64,000 nucleotides of DNA. It comes from Parasitella parasitica NRRL 2501. Lineage: Eukaryota > Fungi > Mucoromycota. The translations under genes and the position numbers were made by a program. The DNA is taken from assembly GCA_025201805.1 (NCBI GenBank), contig MU619312.1, positions 62,001 to 126,000 of the forward strand, given 5' to 3'. Within the stretch, counting starts at the first letter, position 1; every line of letters starts with the position of its first letter. Shown one piece after another: positions 49,347-62,199 of this stretch. A model generated the notes under the pieces. The model saw only the letters and a list, made by a program, of their open reading frames with translations. It was not told the origin of the DNA and searched no databases.

Positions 49347-50841
49347 ATGGTCAAACCATGCATTTTATCAGCAACGTGCTTCTTTATTGTCCATGCAAGT
49401 TGCCAACAGCAGCAGCATGAGCAACGAATGACCGCAATACCTGGTACAAAGTTGCCGGATCAAGCCATCTCACTCAGCTTAGCAACGGTTGCCACTGCAC
49501 CATTGTCGCAAATTGACAGCATCTTACCTTTCAAATCATTTGGATTATTCACATACAATAGCTCTGATACTAACTCAAATACCATGTCTGGCATCCATGC
49601 TAGTGCAAGCGTCAGCAGTATTATGCCTTCCACAATATCGGCAAGCTACAGTAAAGAGCTTGTTCATGCTGCACAAGTGGATAGAGAACCCAGCAGCATT
49701 TATGCCATCACAAACTCAATAAACACAGTCAGCAGCTCGTCCGTAACTGAAAGTCGACTAACTGAGAGCAGTTCTGTTCCTAGCCTGCTTGATAAATCTC
49801 CTGGAGAGACTAATTCAGCGAAGAATGATGCTCCTATGCCAACAAAAAATACTCGGACAAACACCGTCTTATCAACCAATATTTTACCCAAGGTTAAAGA
49901 TACTACGATACAATTAAAAGAAACAAAACCTCCAGTTCTACCAAACAAAGCTAATGTAATATCAACGCCAAATGCCACTACTACAGTGACAGCCACCATA
50001 ATAAAATCTGTAAAAACCACCGAAACAGTTACTATTACTGCAGAAGAAGCTGTTGACCAACGTATGAAATCATGCTACCGCAAGAACAAAAAGGTGTCGT
50101 TTTCTCAATATTGGATACCTAAAGAGAACGAGTGGGATGAAACAAACAGCGGAAAAAGAGTCTTTTTAGGTGGAAATGAAAAGGTAAAATTAAAAGACAA
50201 AAACAACAAACTCCTAGGCATGGTCCCAGTGGATATGTACGATAAATGTCAAATGGAAGGCACGGTAGGTTCGGTAGAAAGGATCGTGTACACAAGACTC
50301 AAATTCTGTCTACATATGTATGCTTTAGTGCTTGTTGGAAAATGGCGACCTAATCAACATTGACAACAGCACCAATAGCTTTATCAAAGTAGGCGGACAG
50401 GGACGTGAGCATAATGTCTTTGGCTTGGGATCTGGAGCTCAAAATTTGGTGCCTTACATCAGTGTAGCGGCTAATGATATCCCATATGGTCAAAAGCTGT
50501 ACATTTCTGAATTGGATGGTTTAGACTTGGGAGCAGGCATCAAGCACAACGGCTGCGTGCGAGTGGATGATGATAGCTGGTCTTTTGATTGTAAGAAATG
50601 GCCTGAACTTTAACGTGTTTATATCGCAGCTCACAATGTACATACATTAGCTTGTCAGGTTGACTTTTTTGTCCTGTCCTATGTCGATTTTCTGTGGCTC
50701 GATCTGGACGATGAGGTATCTGTCAAATACTCTGACTGTCAATTGAAGAATTACGTTACGAAGCAGCATTTGGCGCTCGTCAAAGCGTCGTCCAATGAAA
50801 AGATTATACCGTCGCTAATGAATGACAAATACAGGCCCTAA
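49347..50841 (+). CDS. Secreted protein: signal peptide, S/T-rich stalk, C-terminal 3D (MltA-like double-psi-barrel) domain; introns 50265-50328 and 50591-50650
   Basis: MVKPCILSATCFFIVHASC; long S/T linker; QYWIPKE..CQMEGT|C..FGLG...LVPYISVAANDIPYGQKLYISELDG...HNGCVRVDDDSWSFD|SCQVDFFV. Confidence 0.7.
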
Positions 50842-51012
50842 ATTAAACAATAAAACCTTTAATTGAGTTATCTACATGCATTTGATTGTTACTCCTGATG
50901 ATTGAGACTGGAATTTCAGCTTCTCCGAATACATTGTTTAAAATTTTTAATAAAAAAATGCCTTGTCAATTATATTTTTCTTCTCCTTTCCTTCTTTTCT
51001 GCTTCCTCAAAA

Positions 51013-52891
51013 ATGACTGTATTGAATTCAACATTAAAAGCCCCATTTGGCGTGGTTGATATGGGCTCGAATGGCATTCGATTCGGCATAGTGACAGCGT
51101 TTGCCAGACATCTGCCAGTAGCATACGAGGAAAGAGCTCCCATCTCACTGCTAGAAGCGCAAGGCGATGAGCATTACATTCCTGCAGAAACAATTGATCA
51201 AGTCATTACCAGCTTCTTGCGCTTCAAAACGATTTGCAGACATGAAAATGTGGATCCTCACAATGTCAAAGTCATCGCAACCGAGGCTACTCGAATAGCA
51301 TCCAATTCAGGTGAGTTCTTATCGAAAATCAAAGAAGCTACGGGTTGGACAGTCGAAATACTATCAAAAGAACAAGAGGCCACGATTTCTTCCATGGGCA
51401 TTGTTGGTAAGTGAAAACATGTTCTCCAAAGCTTTCAAAGTGTATAACACATCAAATTGGTATTTTTTTTTTTTTTTTTTTTTCAATGTAGGCTCTTTCT
51501 ATAGAGTAGATGGGCTGACTATGGATCTGGGAGGCGGATCTGTTGAACTTAGCTTTGTCACATCAAAAGGCTCTTGTTCTCCACTATCAGAAGACTCAGA
51601 AAGACCCAAGAAGCGAGTAAAGACATCTGCAAGCCCTGTGTCACTGCCTTATGGCGCTGCCATTATGAGGAAACGACTATCAGCATGTTCCAATGACAGG
51701 GAAAAGGCCGATCTGTATCAGGAGATTGTTCAACAAGTCGCACAAGCCAAAGTAACCACCAATATTCCAAGTCATCTTAGAGACCATGATGGCTACACAT
51801 TGTACATGAGCGGAGGAGGATTCAGGGCATTAGGATTTTTGAATATGGGCCTCACAAAAAGCAAAGACGGCACGGTGAAAAAGGGTTCGTACCCGATTCC
51901 AATAATCAGCGGCTACAGTATCACAGGTGAGCAGATGGCAGAATTAGTGGATAAATACAAGGATCGCGATCCTGACGAACTGGTGCATGAACTCAAAGTT
52001 TTCCGTATTTCCAAGCGCAGAACGAGAATGCTGCCAGCGACCTGCTTCCTTGTCTCTGCTATAATGAAGGTGATCAAAATCAAAGACATCTACTTTAGCG
52101 AAGGTGGTGCTCGGCAAGGTATTTGCTATCACATGCTGCCGTACAGCGAGCAAATCAAGGATCCACTTTTGGAAGGCGTCAAGTCTTATGTATCACCATT
52201 GCCTCATGCACTATCATCGAATGAATTTAACACTGTGATGCACGCCTTGAACGGTGCCATTCCACCACTTTATCTTTCCCCTGACCACCCTCTCCAGCTC
52301 CACCGACTCGTGCCAGCTGCTGTTCACCTTGCAAACCTAACCACACACTATCCCAAAGAGACACGTGCATTTGTAGCGTTCCATATGCCACTTGCCAGCG
52401 GCCCATTAGCGAATATTCCTGGCCTTCTTCACTCCGAGAGAGCCATCTTGGCGTTAATGCTTGCATACCGCCAAGGAGGAGATGTGCCTGACCCCGTCTT
52501 TAACGCAATCGAAGCTATGATTGGCAAAAATGGCGTCTCTGTGTGCAAATATGTTGGCAGGTTGATGGAAATCATGTTCATGATCTCTCCTCGTCATCCT
52601 GGATGGGGTTTGGAAGAAAGTGAAATCAAATTTCGTCTAGTTCGTCAGGAATCTGAAGACGATAGCACAAGCCCTCTTTCCTCGCCCATCACACCCCACA
52701 CCAGACAGTATTATACAACTTCAAAATTGGAGATTGTGATGCCCAAGAAACTGAGCCCCATGTTGGACGCACCTGCAGTCATTTCAGTGATTGAAAGTAT
52801 GGATAAAAAAGTCCAACCCAAGAAATTTGACATGGATGAAGAAACCCAAGATGTTCGAAATAAACTGTTTACTGTGACAATCGTTCACTAG
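51013..52891 (+). CDS. RTG2: Retrograde regulation protein RTG2-like (Ppx/GppA family); intron 51407-51491
   Basis: VVDMGSNGIRF, ERAPISL, VIATEATR, DLGGGSVEL, SLPYGAA, YMSGGGFRALG, YPIPIISGY, FRISKRR, FSEGGARQG. Confidence 0.9.
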
Positions 52892-52948
52892 TCGTTTCCA
52901 CACGGGTAATTTATTCAAATCATGTATCGAGGGATCTTCTCTCTTTTC

Positions 52949-52953
<5 letters not shown>

Positions 52954-52980
<27 letters not shown>
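52954..52980. repeat. (TA)n microsatellite adjoining the Fanzor relic
   Basis: About 13 TA units. Confidence 0.85.
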
Positions 52981-53199
52981 TGTATACAGTGCAACCTGTG
53001 AATTTTGTCCATTTAGAAAACACAAATGGCGTTTATTGGAATATAAACATCCATTGGAAAAAAATAAATGGTGTTTCCTCAAAATTAAATATCGTATTCA
53101 AAAGCACATATTATCGTTCCTTAAACCTACATTGCATATCCTCCATAAATATTTTTTGTCTTGTTTTTTTTTTCTACTTTTTTAAACTAATTCCCTTCA

Positions 53200-55120
53200 G
53201 AAAAGTCGGAAGGATACTTCTACTTCTTGCTCTGAAGGGGAGTCTTTTAAGAACAGAAACGGTAAAGATACATGTTAATTTCTGATCAAAACGTTACTAA
53301 TTTAAGCTATGATGGTAGACACATATGAAAAAATTATAACCGACAATTCAGACGATGATTTTCAGCCATCAGTAGCCTTTAAATAAAGAAGTATGTATTA
53401 GCACATTATATTCATAAGTGCAGAAAATTCATAGCATTTTAAACACCCATTACATTGGTAAACAAAGCAAGAAAGAGGGCCAAGACGAAATTGGTAGCAC
53501 AAGCGAGATCAGCTTTCGTAACACCAATGCTCAAGGTCCAATAACAGGTGAATCAGGCAAGAATACACAATCTGATGAATGTACCCAATGTTACTGCTTC
53601 CAACTCTGACTCTACTGCTACCAAACCTGGTTCTAAAACGAAAAGCTTTGATGATAAAACAAGAAAAAAGGTGATGACAGTGAAAACGACGATCAAAAAT
53701 ATATGGAAACCAGAATGTTTGCAGCCATTGTATAATCTAGTGAATACTACTCATACAGTCGTCACTCACACATTTGCTTTTTCAAAATACATGTTCTTGA
53801 AAGAACTGTCCGCAAACAGCAATTTTAACTTGAATGAATTTGTACGAAAAGAATTCTCTGTGGAAGTGTTCTTGTCTCTGATTGCCCAAAATACTACCCG
53901 CAGGGCTGTTAAGCATAAAGACACAACTGCAGAGTAGAGGAACTTCATAGCAAAATATCAACAATCTTACTTGGAAGACGCAAATTATAATTCCAATCAA
54001 ACTGGTGAATGCTCAACAAATCGCACTATATGAGTGCACCAAGATTCAAACTGCTTATCTTAACAACATAAAGACCCATTTTGGAAATAGATTGCAAACT
54101 CTACTAAATAAGCTCTGTGAGAAAAAAGAAAGAGCGGATACCATCCGTAAAGAAATGGCGTCCAATGCTTTTAGTGAAGAAGCTATTAACAAAGCGATAC
54201 GACAAAAGGCTTACAATCCCTGTAACCAAGTTATGCAAGCTGTAGCTAAAAAAAAGGCATACCCAACGTTGATATTTTGAATGAATCGTCAAAACCAAAA
54301 GTACAAACTTTCTTGTCGGCATATCCAGAAAATTACAAGTTTAAAATGGTCTCAATCTTCTACGATGTAAAGGCTAATCCAAAAAACCACTTCTAAGCCT
54401 TTGTTAAACTTGCTGAATTGTTTGAATTGGTGCAGCTAAAGCAATTTCTTTGTTTCCCATCAAGACCGATGTTTATTCCTTGCTACATAAAGTTAGACAA
54501 CAAGATTATCCACTACCATATTATTCAAAGCAAGGAACCTTTTGATACCAAGAAGTCAACTCGAAAACTGAGCATCTATTGTCAATCTTAGAATCAAGGC
54601 TTTTAAAATTCGAGGATCCTTAAGCTTCAAAAATACTCTTGAAACTGATGGAGTTGGTGCCCGTATTATTAATCAGAACTGCGATACCTCCCGAAAAGAG
54701 CCGCAGTCAAGATGCTGCAAAAGAACGGTTTTAAAGTTTATCTCATTGGCGAATACAAAACATATTCCCTCTGCCCAAGTTGTGGTGGCAAGCTTGATCA
54801 AAAATTTAAACAATCCGAAACCCTATACCCATATCAACACCACAAAATGCCCACTGTAAAGTGTCATGGCCTAGCAAGGTAAAGCGAAAAAAATATATAC
54901 TCACGTAACATGGATGGATCATGAAGACTAACCTTCTTCAAGATGTCGAAGCAGTATGTATTCAAGCAATCAAAACCGACTATGGAATCGAGATCTTGCA
55001 GCTGTATTAAACTTTAGGAAGACTTTAACCTCCTTGAGGCAGACAGGCAGACGTCCGACAATTTTCTCAATACAACAAAAACAAAAACTTTCCATCAAGG
55101 TTAACGCCCTGGTTATTTAA
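53200..55120 (+). pseudogene. Fanzor (eukaryotic TnpB/Cas12-like RNA-guided nuclease) relic, intron-containing and internally deleted
   Basis: In order: TVKTTIKNIWKP..HTFAFSKYMFL, AQQIALYE..IQTAYLNNI..FG, FPSR..FIPCYIKLD, FKNTLETDGVG (54641), GFKVYLIGEYKT (RuvC-II Glu 54751), CPSC (54772), CHGLAR|C, RLWNRDLAAVLNF (RuvC-III Asp 54992). Stops and frameshifts present; RuvC-I segment absent. Confidence 0.82.
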
Positions 55121-55296
55121 TGCAGGTACGTACTTTTGAATCTAAAACATTTGTTTTTTTTTTGCCAAACGACATTCATTTTTTTTTTTTTACTAACGAT
55201 TTAAACTGACAAAATAATCATTCCAACTGTAATACTATTTACATTTTAATAAGGGTAGTATATAAATCCAGACGTTGACTGTTGTACTAGAGAAAT

Positions 55297-58106
55297 CTAT
55301 ATTTTATCATGCATAGCAGTGCTTATGGGCGATGCTTGGTGAGGAGGAGAGTAGATGGAGGATATAAGTGTGTCTTTTCTAGCGAGTCCAATTTGATGTC
55401 TGGGTAACGGTGGAGGGGGAGGTCTATCCTTTTGGTAATTAGTGGAATTTCGTTGCTGTACTTGCAAATTATCATCGATCGTCGTTATCAACGGCTCCGA
55501 GCTTGGAATAGCATCGTCATCGATTTTATAGTGCGTTGGTCTGGCACCAAAATCACCTTCAACTGAGCTGTTGTGAGCTTGTGCTCTGTACTCACGAGTA
55601 CTGTTATAAATTGGTGGTATAGTAGTGGATGAGGAGGATTCAGCTCTGGAGCGACTTTGATGGTCAGGTATAAACGGAGGGTATGGCTGTATTCTTTCGT
55701 CCACAGGTATTGTAGACAGTGGTGTCAAAGTCAAAGTTATAGGGTTGCTTTGGGGCCTGATTTCATCAGGCTTATGCAGTGCAGATGTGACATGACTGTT
55801 GTTGCTGTTATTGCTGTTATTGCTGTTGTTGCTATTAAAGCTGTTGACCCCATTGTAATAGCTCGTAAGCATTTCTAGTGTATGAGAACTCGTTGTAAGG
55901 CGTTTGGAATTTCGGTTGTGTCCTGGGAGATCGCCATTGATATAAAAACTGGCTCTTTGCGAAGACATTGCCATTAGATTGGTAGAGCTGGTGTCGAGAT
56001 TTGAAGATGTTGAAGCTCTGTTGCTCTTCTTTTGTTTCCTCCACATGGCCATGCGAGCTGGAGGTTTACCTGATTCGTCCAACTCATCATCTCCAAGGCC
56101 AGTTGCCATGGTAATCAAGTTTTTAACTAGCAACAGCAAGAATATAAAGTAGGCGAGGCAATGGATAGCCATTTGCATGTAGCCTACGTATTGCTTGACC
56201 ATACTCGATGCTTCAATATTCGGCAGATAGCATATGTTTAAAAGTAAAACAAGTGATTTAATACAGCCAAACACAACATGAAAAGCGTTTACTTGACTAT
56301 CAGCATGCGGCCATTTGAACAGAAAGCCCAACGTCAGCAGTATTTCAGCTAAAATAATTAGTATGAGCTGTGCCAATCCACTCGTCTGAAAGAGCCCAAG
56401 CATTGCTGCCACTACTGATTTATGTACAAGAATCACAATGAAAAAGTGAAATGTATCATCGGTATACGGGTTGTATAGTGACCCAAATCTGAGCAAGAGT
56501 TTCAATTCCGTGTATATAAATGATGCGGGTCGGATCTGAAGCAACTTGATACTGATGAATCCGTAGAGCAGGAAGGGTACCACAAGAAATATAGCAGCAG
56601 AGAGTGTGATGTACCAAAAGGATGGTATCATCAACTGATAAAAGGATACTGTCAAAATTGGCAAATAGAGCAAAGTAATGATACGGACTAGAATTCCTAT
56701 AATCAGAACATGAATTGTTACACTAAGAAGCCATGAACAACGTTGAAAATAAAATAAAATAAAACAAACCTATTGAGAAATCCCACATCTTTTTTGACAT
56801 GACAGTGAAGCTTTGACGATCATTCATCTTGCCAAGCATGTAAAATACAGCCCAAATAATGCAACACAGCACTATGCAAGACATTATGATGATGAGCGCG
56901 TAAACAAGAAAGGTGAAAAAGATGGCATTGACGTCAATTCCAGAAGCGGTTGCAAATTTGAGCATGCCTGTGCTCGTAACATTCACACCATGATCCGTTT
57001 CGTTTGCTGCTGTGATATTAGCCAATTGCCGCTTATAAATGCTGTATCTCGGGATAGAAGCAGTTTCTTGCAGTGGTGATGGCGACGACTGAAATATTCT
57101 GTGAATAACGGAATCCAGCCATCTCGACTCGAACAATAGATAGCTCCAAGAGAAATTAGAAGTGAAAAGCGCATGGAATCGTGGATAATCGATGTTGAGT
57201 TGGCCTGCCGCTACAATAAACTGGGCGTAAAATACCAGATCAAGAAATCCAGGTGTCTTTAAGCGTAACACACCTGGCAGCATGGCATAGTTGGAGCTCA
57301 GTAGAAACATATCGTGTTCTCCTCCTTGATGAAATATAGTGAACGAAGCAATCAGGGATATTATAGCTGCAGCGACAGTAAATCCAATAGGTAGAAATGT
57401 AAAGACGTTTTGCCATGTCGGATGTTGGTAACCGACAGGAGCGAGCTTGATACATATGAGATGTTTGGAGTCTGCGTCAATTGCTGAGTACTCTGCAGTG
57501 ATATCAGCCAATGGGTACGGAGCAACATCAGAAAGGTAAAAGGACTAAAAATAGACACACAGAAGAAATATAAAATAGTTGGTTGGGTATAATTCTTTTT
57601 CTTTTTTTTTTTTTTTTCCTTCTCCAATGACCTACCCGTTGAATACTGAACTCTGTATTTTGATTTATTGGACAACCACTTGATACATCACGGCAAAACT
57701 GCTGGGCTGGTGCGTGTAATGTTTGAAATCCAAACCTTAATTCAAACATAGAAGCAGCGAATGCTAAATTTAAAAAAAAAAGTTAATACTATATATAAAC
57801 ATCTTCTCGGGAGGAAATGAGTCTTTTCCTCCAATTGCTTTTTGATCGTTTATATTTACTCGATTCTTGTTGATTCAAGTTGCTGACTGTGACATTAGAC
57901 GTGCTGGTAAAATTCAAATGGTAACTCCACGTTTTGACATCGAAATAGCGAGTTACAGAAGACACATCGAACTCCCCCTGATAGCAGTAAGTGAAATTGG
58001 TTGACGGAAACCACACATCATCTAATGACTGTGCATATCGAGAAGGAATTACTGTGAAAATTAATATCAAAAGGAGATTCAAATGATTTAGGTGAATAAA
58101 TCTCAT
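55297..58106 (-). CDS. FLC/Pkd2-like TRP-family membrane protein (ML-like TRP_N domain + TM region), 4 exons
   Basis: Signal peptide; FC..VSSGCPI; CIKLAPVGYQHP; PGFLDLVFYAQFIV..GQLNIDYP.F..FTSNFSWS; RFGSLYNPY; S/P-rich cytosolic tail. Confidence 0.82.
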
Positions 58107-58849
58107 GTGTGGATATGTATGTACTATGTGCGGTTGTATGTTGTATTTATAAAATCCTTGATATGATCAAGAGAATAAAGAATGAAGAAAAAGGAGACAA
58201 AAAAGGACAAAAAAGAAGCCTTAACCCTTTATGACATTAATATTGAACCCTCATTTTGCATTCCCGCTTCATGGATGATTAGTTTGATAGCCCCTTCCCT
58301 CCTCCATGGTTTGGGCTGTCATTTAGCAAACGATCAAATCGTTCAGCCACCTTAAAAAAAAAAAAAAGCATTGGGCAATCACTGCTAAACTGAGAAAACC
58401 AGTTTTACATTATTTCATCGCCAACTTGTTTGGCCCTTTCATATAAGGAACGTAGAATGTCGTGCTTTTTCTCGACTATATACTTCAATTAATAAGGATA
58501 TAAACTCTTTTTAAGAATGAAGAAGAAACACCAAAATACCAAAAAGGGAATTTTGAACAAATAATGGGTGCAAACCGTTTATTACCACTGATTATGTCTG
58601 CAAACGTGAAATTGCTCAAAATCGAATGTTAAAGCTTCGTTCCTGAAGCGTTTGATTGGCTGTCTGTAGTAATTTACAATGCACAAGACATGTCAAACAA
58701 CAAAAAATATTCATCTCCACACCATCGAGCCATCTCTATTTACTTGTATGAATTAAATTCATCATCAATTAGACAATCTTGTGAATTTTTCAATTTTTTG
58801 ACTAATTTAATGAATGCTGAATAAATAACAACATAAAGCGGAATCGAAG

Positions 58850-59850
58850 ACAAATGGAGAAATTTATTCATTTTCGATAATTACGGAAAGATAGGTTTCA
58901 TACGTCTTTTGCCATTCTTAGGTTTTATATTCATTTATGGGCGCTATAAGCCTCAAACTCGGCTGGGGCTCGTTTATCGCTCATCTGGTAAAAGCATGTT
59001 CAAGCATAATATACATTTTATGATGACGGTACAATGCTGCTACCACTAACATCTCAAATTCAGGCCCAAAGCACGTTTCCAGCGCCTTAATTAACTAGTT
59101 CCTGACAAACAAAAAGAAATAAAAAAAAACATTCCTGTGCCATATAGTGGTTGAGCCAACAAGCAAGTTAAGGAGGTTTCGTTTATGCACAGTTGACTTT
59201 TTACTGTAAAGAGCAAGTTGTTAATAACAACTTTCAACTGGATCTTGCAGCGCTTGCAATGTCTTTTCCCAACTTTGAATCCAATACCCTGTATGGCACT
59301 AATTTTACATGTTCGGTGAGAATTGGACCCTTTGAGAGAATCAGCAAATCTTTGTTGTGGGGATATCTCAAGAAATAACAAGTATAATATTGCAGATGTT
59401 TCCTAAATGTTTTTTTTGTCAGCCTTTGAATTCTGCATCAAGCCGTATAGGGTATTATGCTTTAAAAACACCTTTTCATACTCCAAATGGCCTTGCTCCT
59501 GCAATTTTCGACGCTTTTGTTTCGCAGCAGACACACCTTAAATTTGGAGTACACACAAACGCATGAAGTCAACCAAACAATCCATCACATCAATATGTTG
59601 ATTACATCAATAATCCTCCTTTTTGTGATGATAATTGGCTTCTCGTGTCAACTGAAACGAATTCTCCCTGTGGAATAGGTCATCAAATTGAATCTGGAAC
59701 GTTTTAAATGGATATGTATTTTCGAAAAGAAAAGCATCATGTTTATCATCGTTGATGCAGTGCAATTCATTTTTCTTCTTGTAGTGCAATTAAAGTATGC
59801 ATTATGGCTACTATGGCACACGATTCCATGGCCCAGATTTGGGTATGTAA
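58850..59850 (+). pseudogene. Possible decayed multi-exon gene of unknown family
   Basis: Several GT..CTAAC..AG-like intron signals flank coding-looking segments (QLDLAALAMSFPNFESNTLYGTNF; GYYALKTPF...HTNA*SQPNNPSHQYVDYINNPPFCDDNWLLV; MHYGYYGTRFHGPDL) containing in-frame stops. Confidence 0.3.
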
Positions 59851-59912
59851 CATAGATTATCATCATGGTGCATGGTGCAAACTGTTTTTATTTTCACCTT
59901 TTTACTTTCTCT

Positions 59913-59968
<56 letters not shown>

Positions 59969-59978
59969 NNNNNNNNNN
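59969..59978. other. Assembly gap after a poly(T) run
   Basis: 10 N. Confidence 0.99.
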
Positions 59979-62199
59979 CAATGTTGCTATTGCTTACAGA
60001 TAAGCAACAACAAAAGCAGACAAAATCCAATCAATTCAAAATAAAGCTCTAAATAGTCGATGTATTGGTAAATTACTGTCCTGATAAATATCAAGATCAT
60101 TTGCTACGCCATGTTTTTTTGGTCATTTAACGATAATTATTACCTATTTTCAAATACTACAGTTCAACAAAGCTACAACAACATCTTAGTTATAGAAAAT
60201 TAATGCAACAGTTAATCTTCCAAATATGCTTCAGATATTAAAATCCAGCACATGTCAATAGATTGTAGAATTTATTGCAAAATGTGAAAATAGATAGACA
60301 CGGTATTCGGGTAAAAAGACAAAATCTTATTTTTTTAGTTGGGAGCCTTTTATTATATTGAAAAATAGAAGAGGTTGTTTATAAACTTTTTACAAACTGA
60401 GAAAAGTGATGTGATGAGATCAGGGTGCGATAAAAAAATAGAATAAAAAAAGCGGAAAGGATATACAATTATAACTCTTCGATATTTATTCAAAGTTGAA
60501 AATGTAAGCCAAGATCCATCAAGTTGAAAGATCTTGGATGTACTTATATAAAACATAATCTGTATATTTCATGTTACTAATGCAGTAACTGGATCGTTTC
60601 CAATTTAGGCTTCATGGGAAAGCAGTAACAACGATTGTGGTTTATATAGAGTACAAAGGCGTACAATTGTCTTTATATTATGTTGAGTGTTAATAATGAT
60701 ATTTGTCATGTTCAATGTTGTTCTCAAGGACACGGTTCTTAATAAATAAATGTCTTACTAATTCAAATAGGACGTGTGAAAGACTGCCACCAGTAGTTCA
60801 CATCACCGGGAGATAGGGTAGATTGTATGTCATGTCATTCATGTCATATTTATTTTATGGTCTGATGTTTTACGCTTTTGTTTACGTCTATGTTATACGA
60901 ACATCCCGATTTCAGAATTGATACATCAGTGCTGATTTAAAAAATACTAATTTTGGGCGATGATGGAATAAATGAAAGTGTAATTTACATGAATATAATA
61001 AATTATATGTTTGTTGTAACCAGCTTTACGTTTCAATATAAGTACGGGCATGCTGATTGTCTATACGCAAATAAAGTGCGTGGGAAGATTATGATGTGTA
61101 TTTTTTAGTTGTATTTATTATGTTTTTATCTTTGTTTTTCTCATAAAATCACGATTAATTTGGCTAAGTCAACACCAAAATCCTAAAAACAAAAAAACAG
61201 GGTTTCCCCCTGTTTTGATGTTAGGCGGAGCTTGAAATTCGACCAAAAATAGAAATTGGTAGAATTTCAAGGAATACCACCCCTAAATAGCCGAAAAATG
61301 CCTTACCACACTTCAAAGCTTAGGATAAAATGGCCCATCTCAAGAACTGCTAGAGTAAGCACAGCAAATGAGTAGAAACAGCCTACATGCTCCTGTATGA
61401 CCCGGATAAAGACCTAATGTCAAGTTTCAATGATAGGCCATCCACTTGACATGAAGAGAGAACCAAAACTACAAATGCATAACAAAGAATTTTCAATTAG
61501 TAAAAAAGCTCTTATAGATATATAGAAAAAATAATAATACCTGAATGCGCTGCACACGAAACACGCCATCCTACTTAATGTTTTCTTGTGATAGGTACTA
61601 TGAAAAACGAATACGAGCATATTAGTTACGTATTTTGAAAAGCGCGTGTAATATATACCTTAAAAGAATCGACTTTACCCAGAATCAAAGAGGTGTGAAG
61701 TGCCATATACCACCAATAATGAACACAAAGTGCACGCGTTTGCATTGTAGACAATCAAATATAATAGTATATAATAATAAAATAATAATGTAATACAAGT
61801 GTGTAGAGAAGCAGCAAAAAAAAAAAAAGGTGGTTGCCAATTTTTAATAAGCCTGTGACCGTATTTTTGCGCAAACAGCAAATGCATGCAATATAGCAAA
61901 CCATATAAAGTGACAAAACTAAGCGAAAAACTATAATCTAGTGCACCGAAGCTATATGATAAGTTAAAATTGATGTTGTGGAATATGCTACTTTTTACGA
62001 TTTGAAAATTGGTTGCTTGGATGAAAAGTTATTTCAATTTAAAGTCTTGATGAAAAGAGGAAAAAATGGGAAAAACATTTATTTCAAGTTACATAGCTCT
62101 TCTCTCGACATCTAATTATGACAGCCAATTTTGAATACATTGTAGCATTTGAATAGTATATCATAATCAACATTTGGGTGGTTTCTCTTGTCTCTACAA

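Noticed and set aside
56638-56650. GTATCCTT (U12-type donor consensus) on the minus strand
   Set aside because: Lies inside the continuous coding frame (LTVSFYQ) with no matching U12 branch site seen.
61194-61216. 9-bp hairpin aaaacaggg..ccctgtttt as a Helitron 3' end
   Set aside because: No CTRR terminus at the expected distance on either strand.
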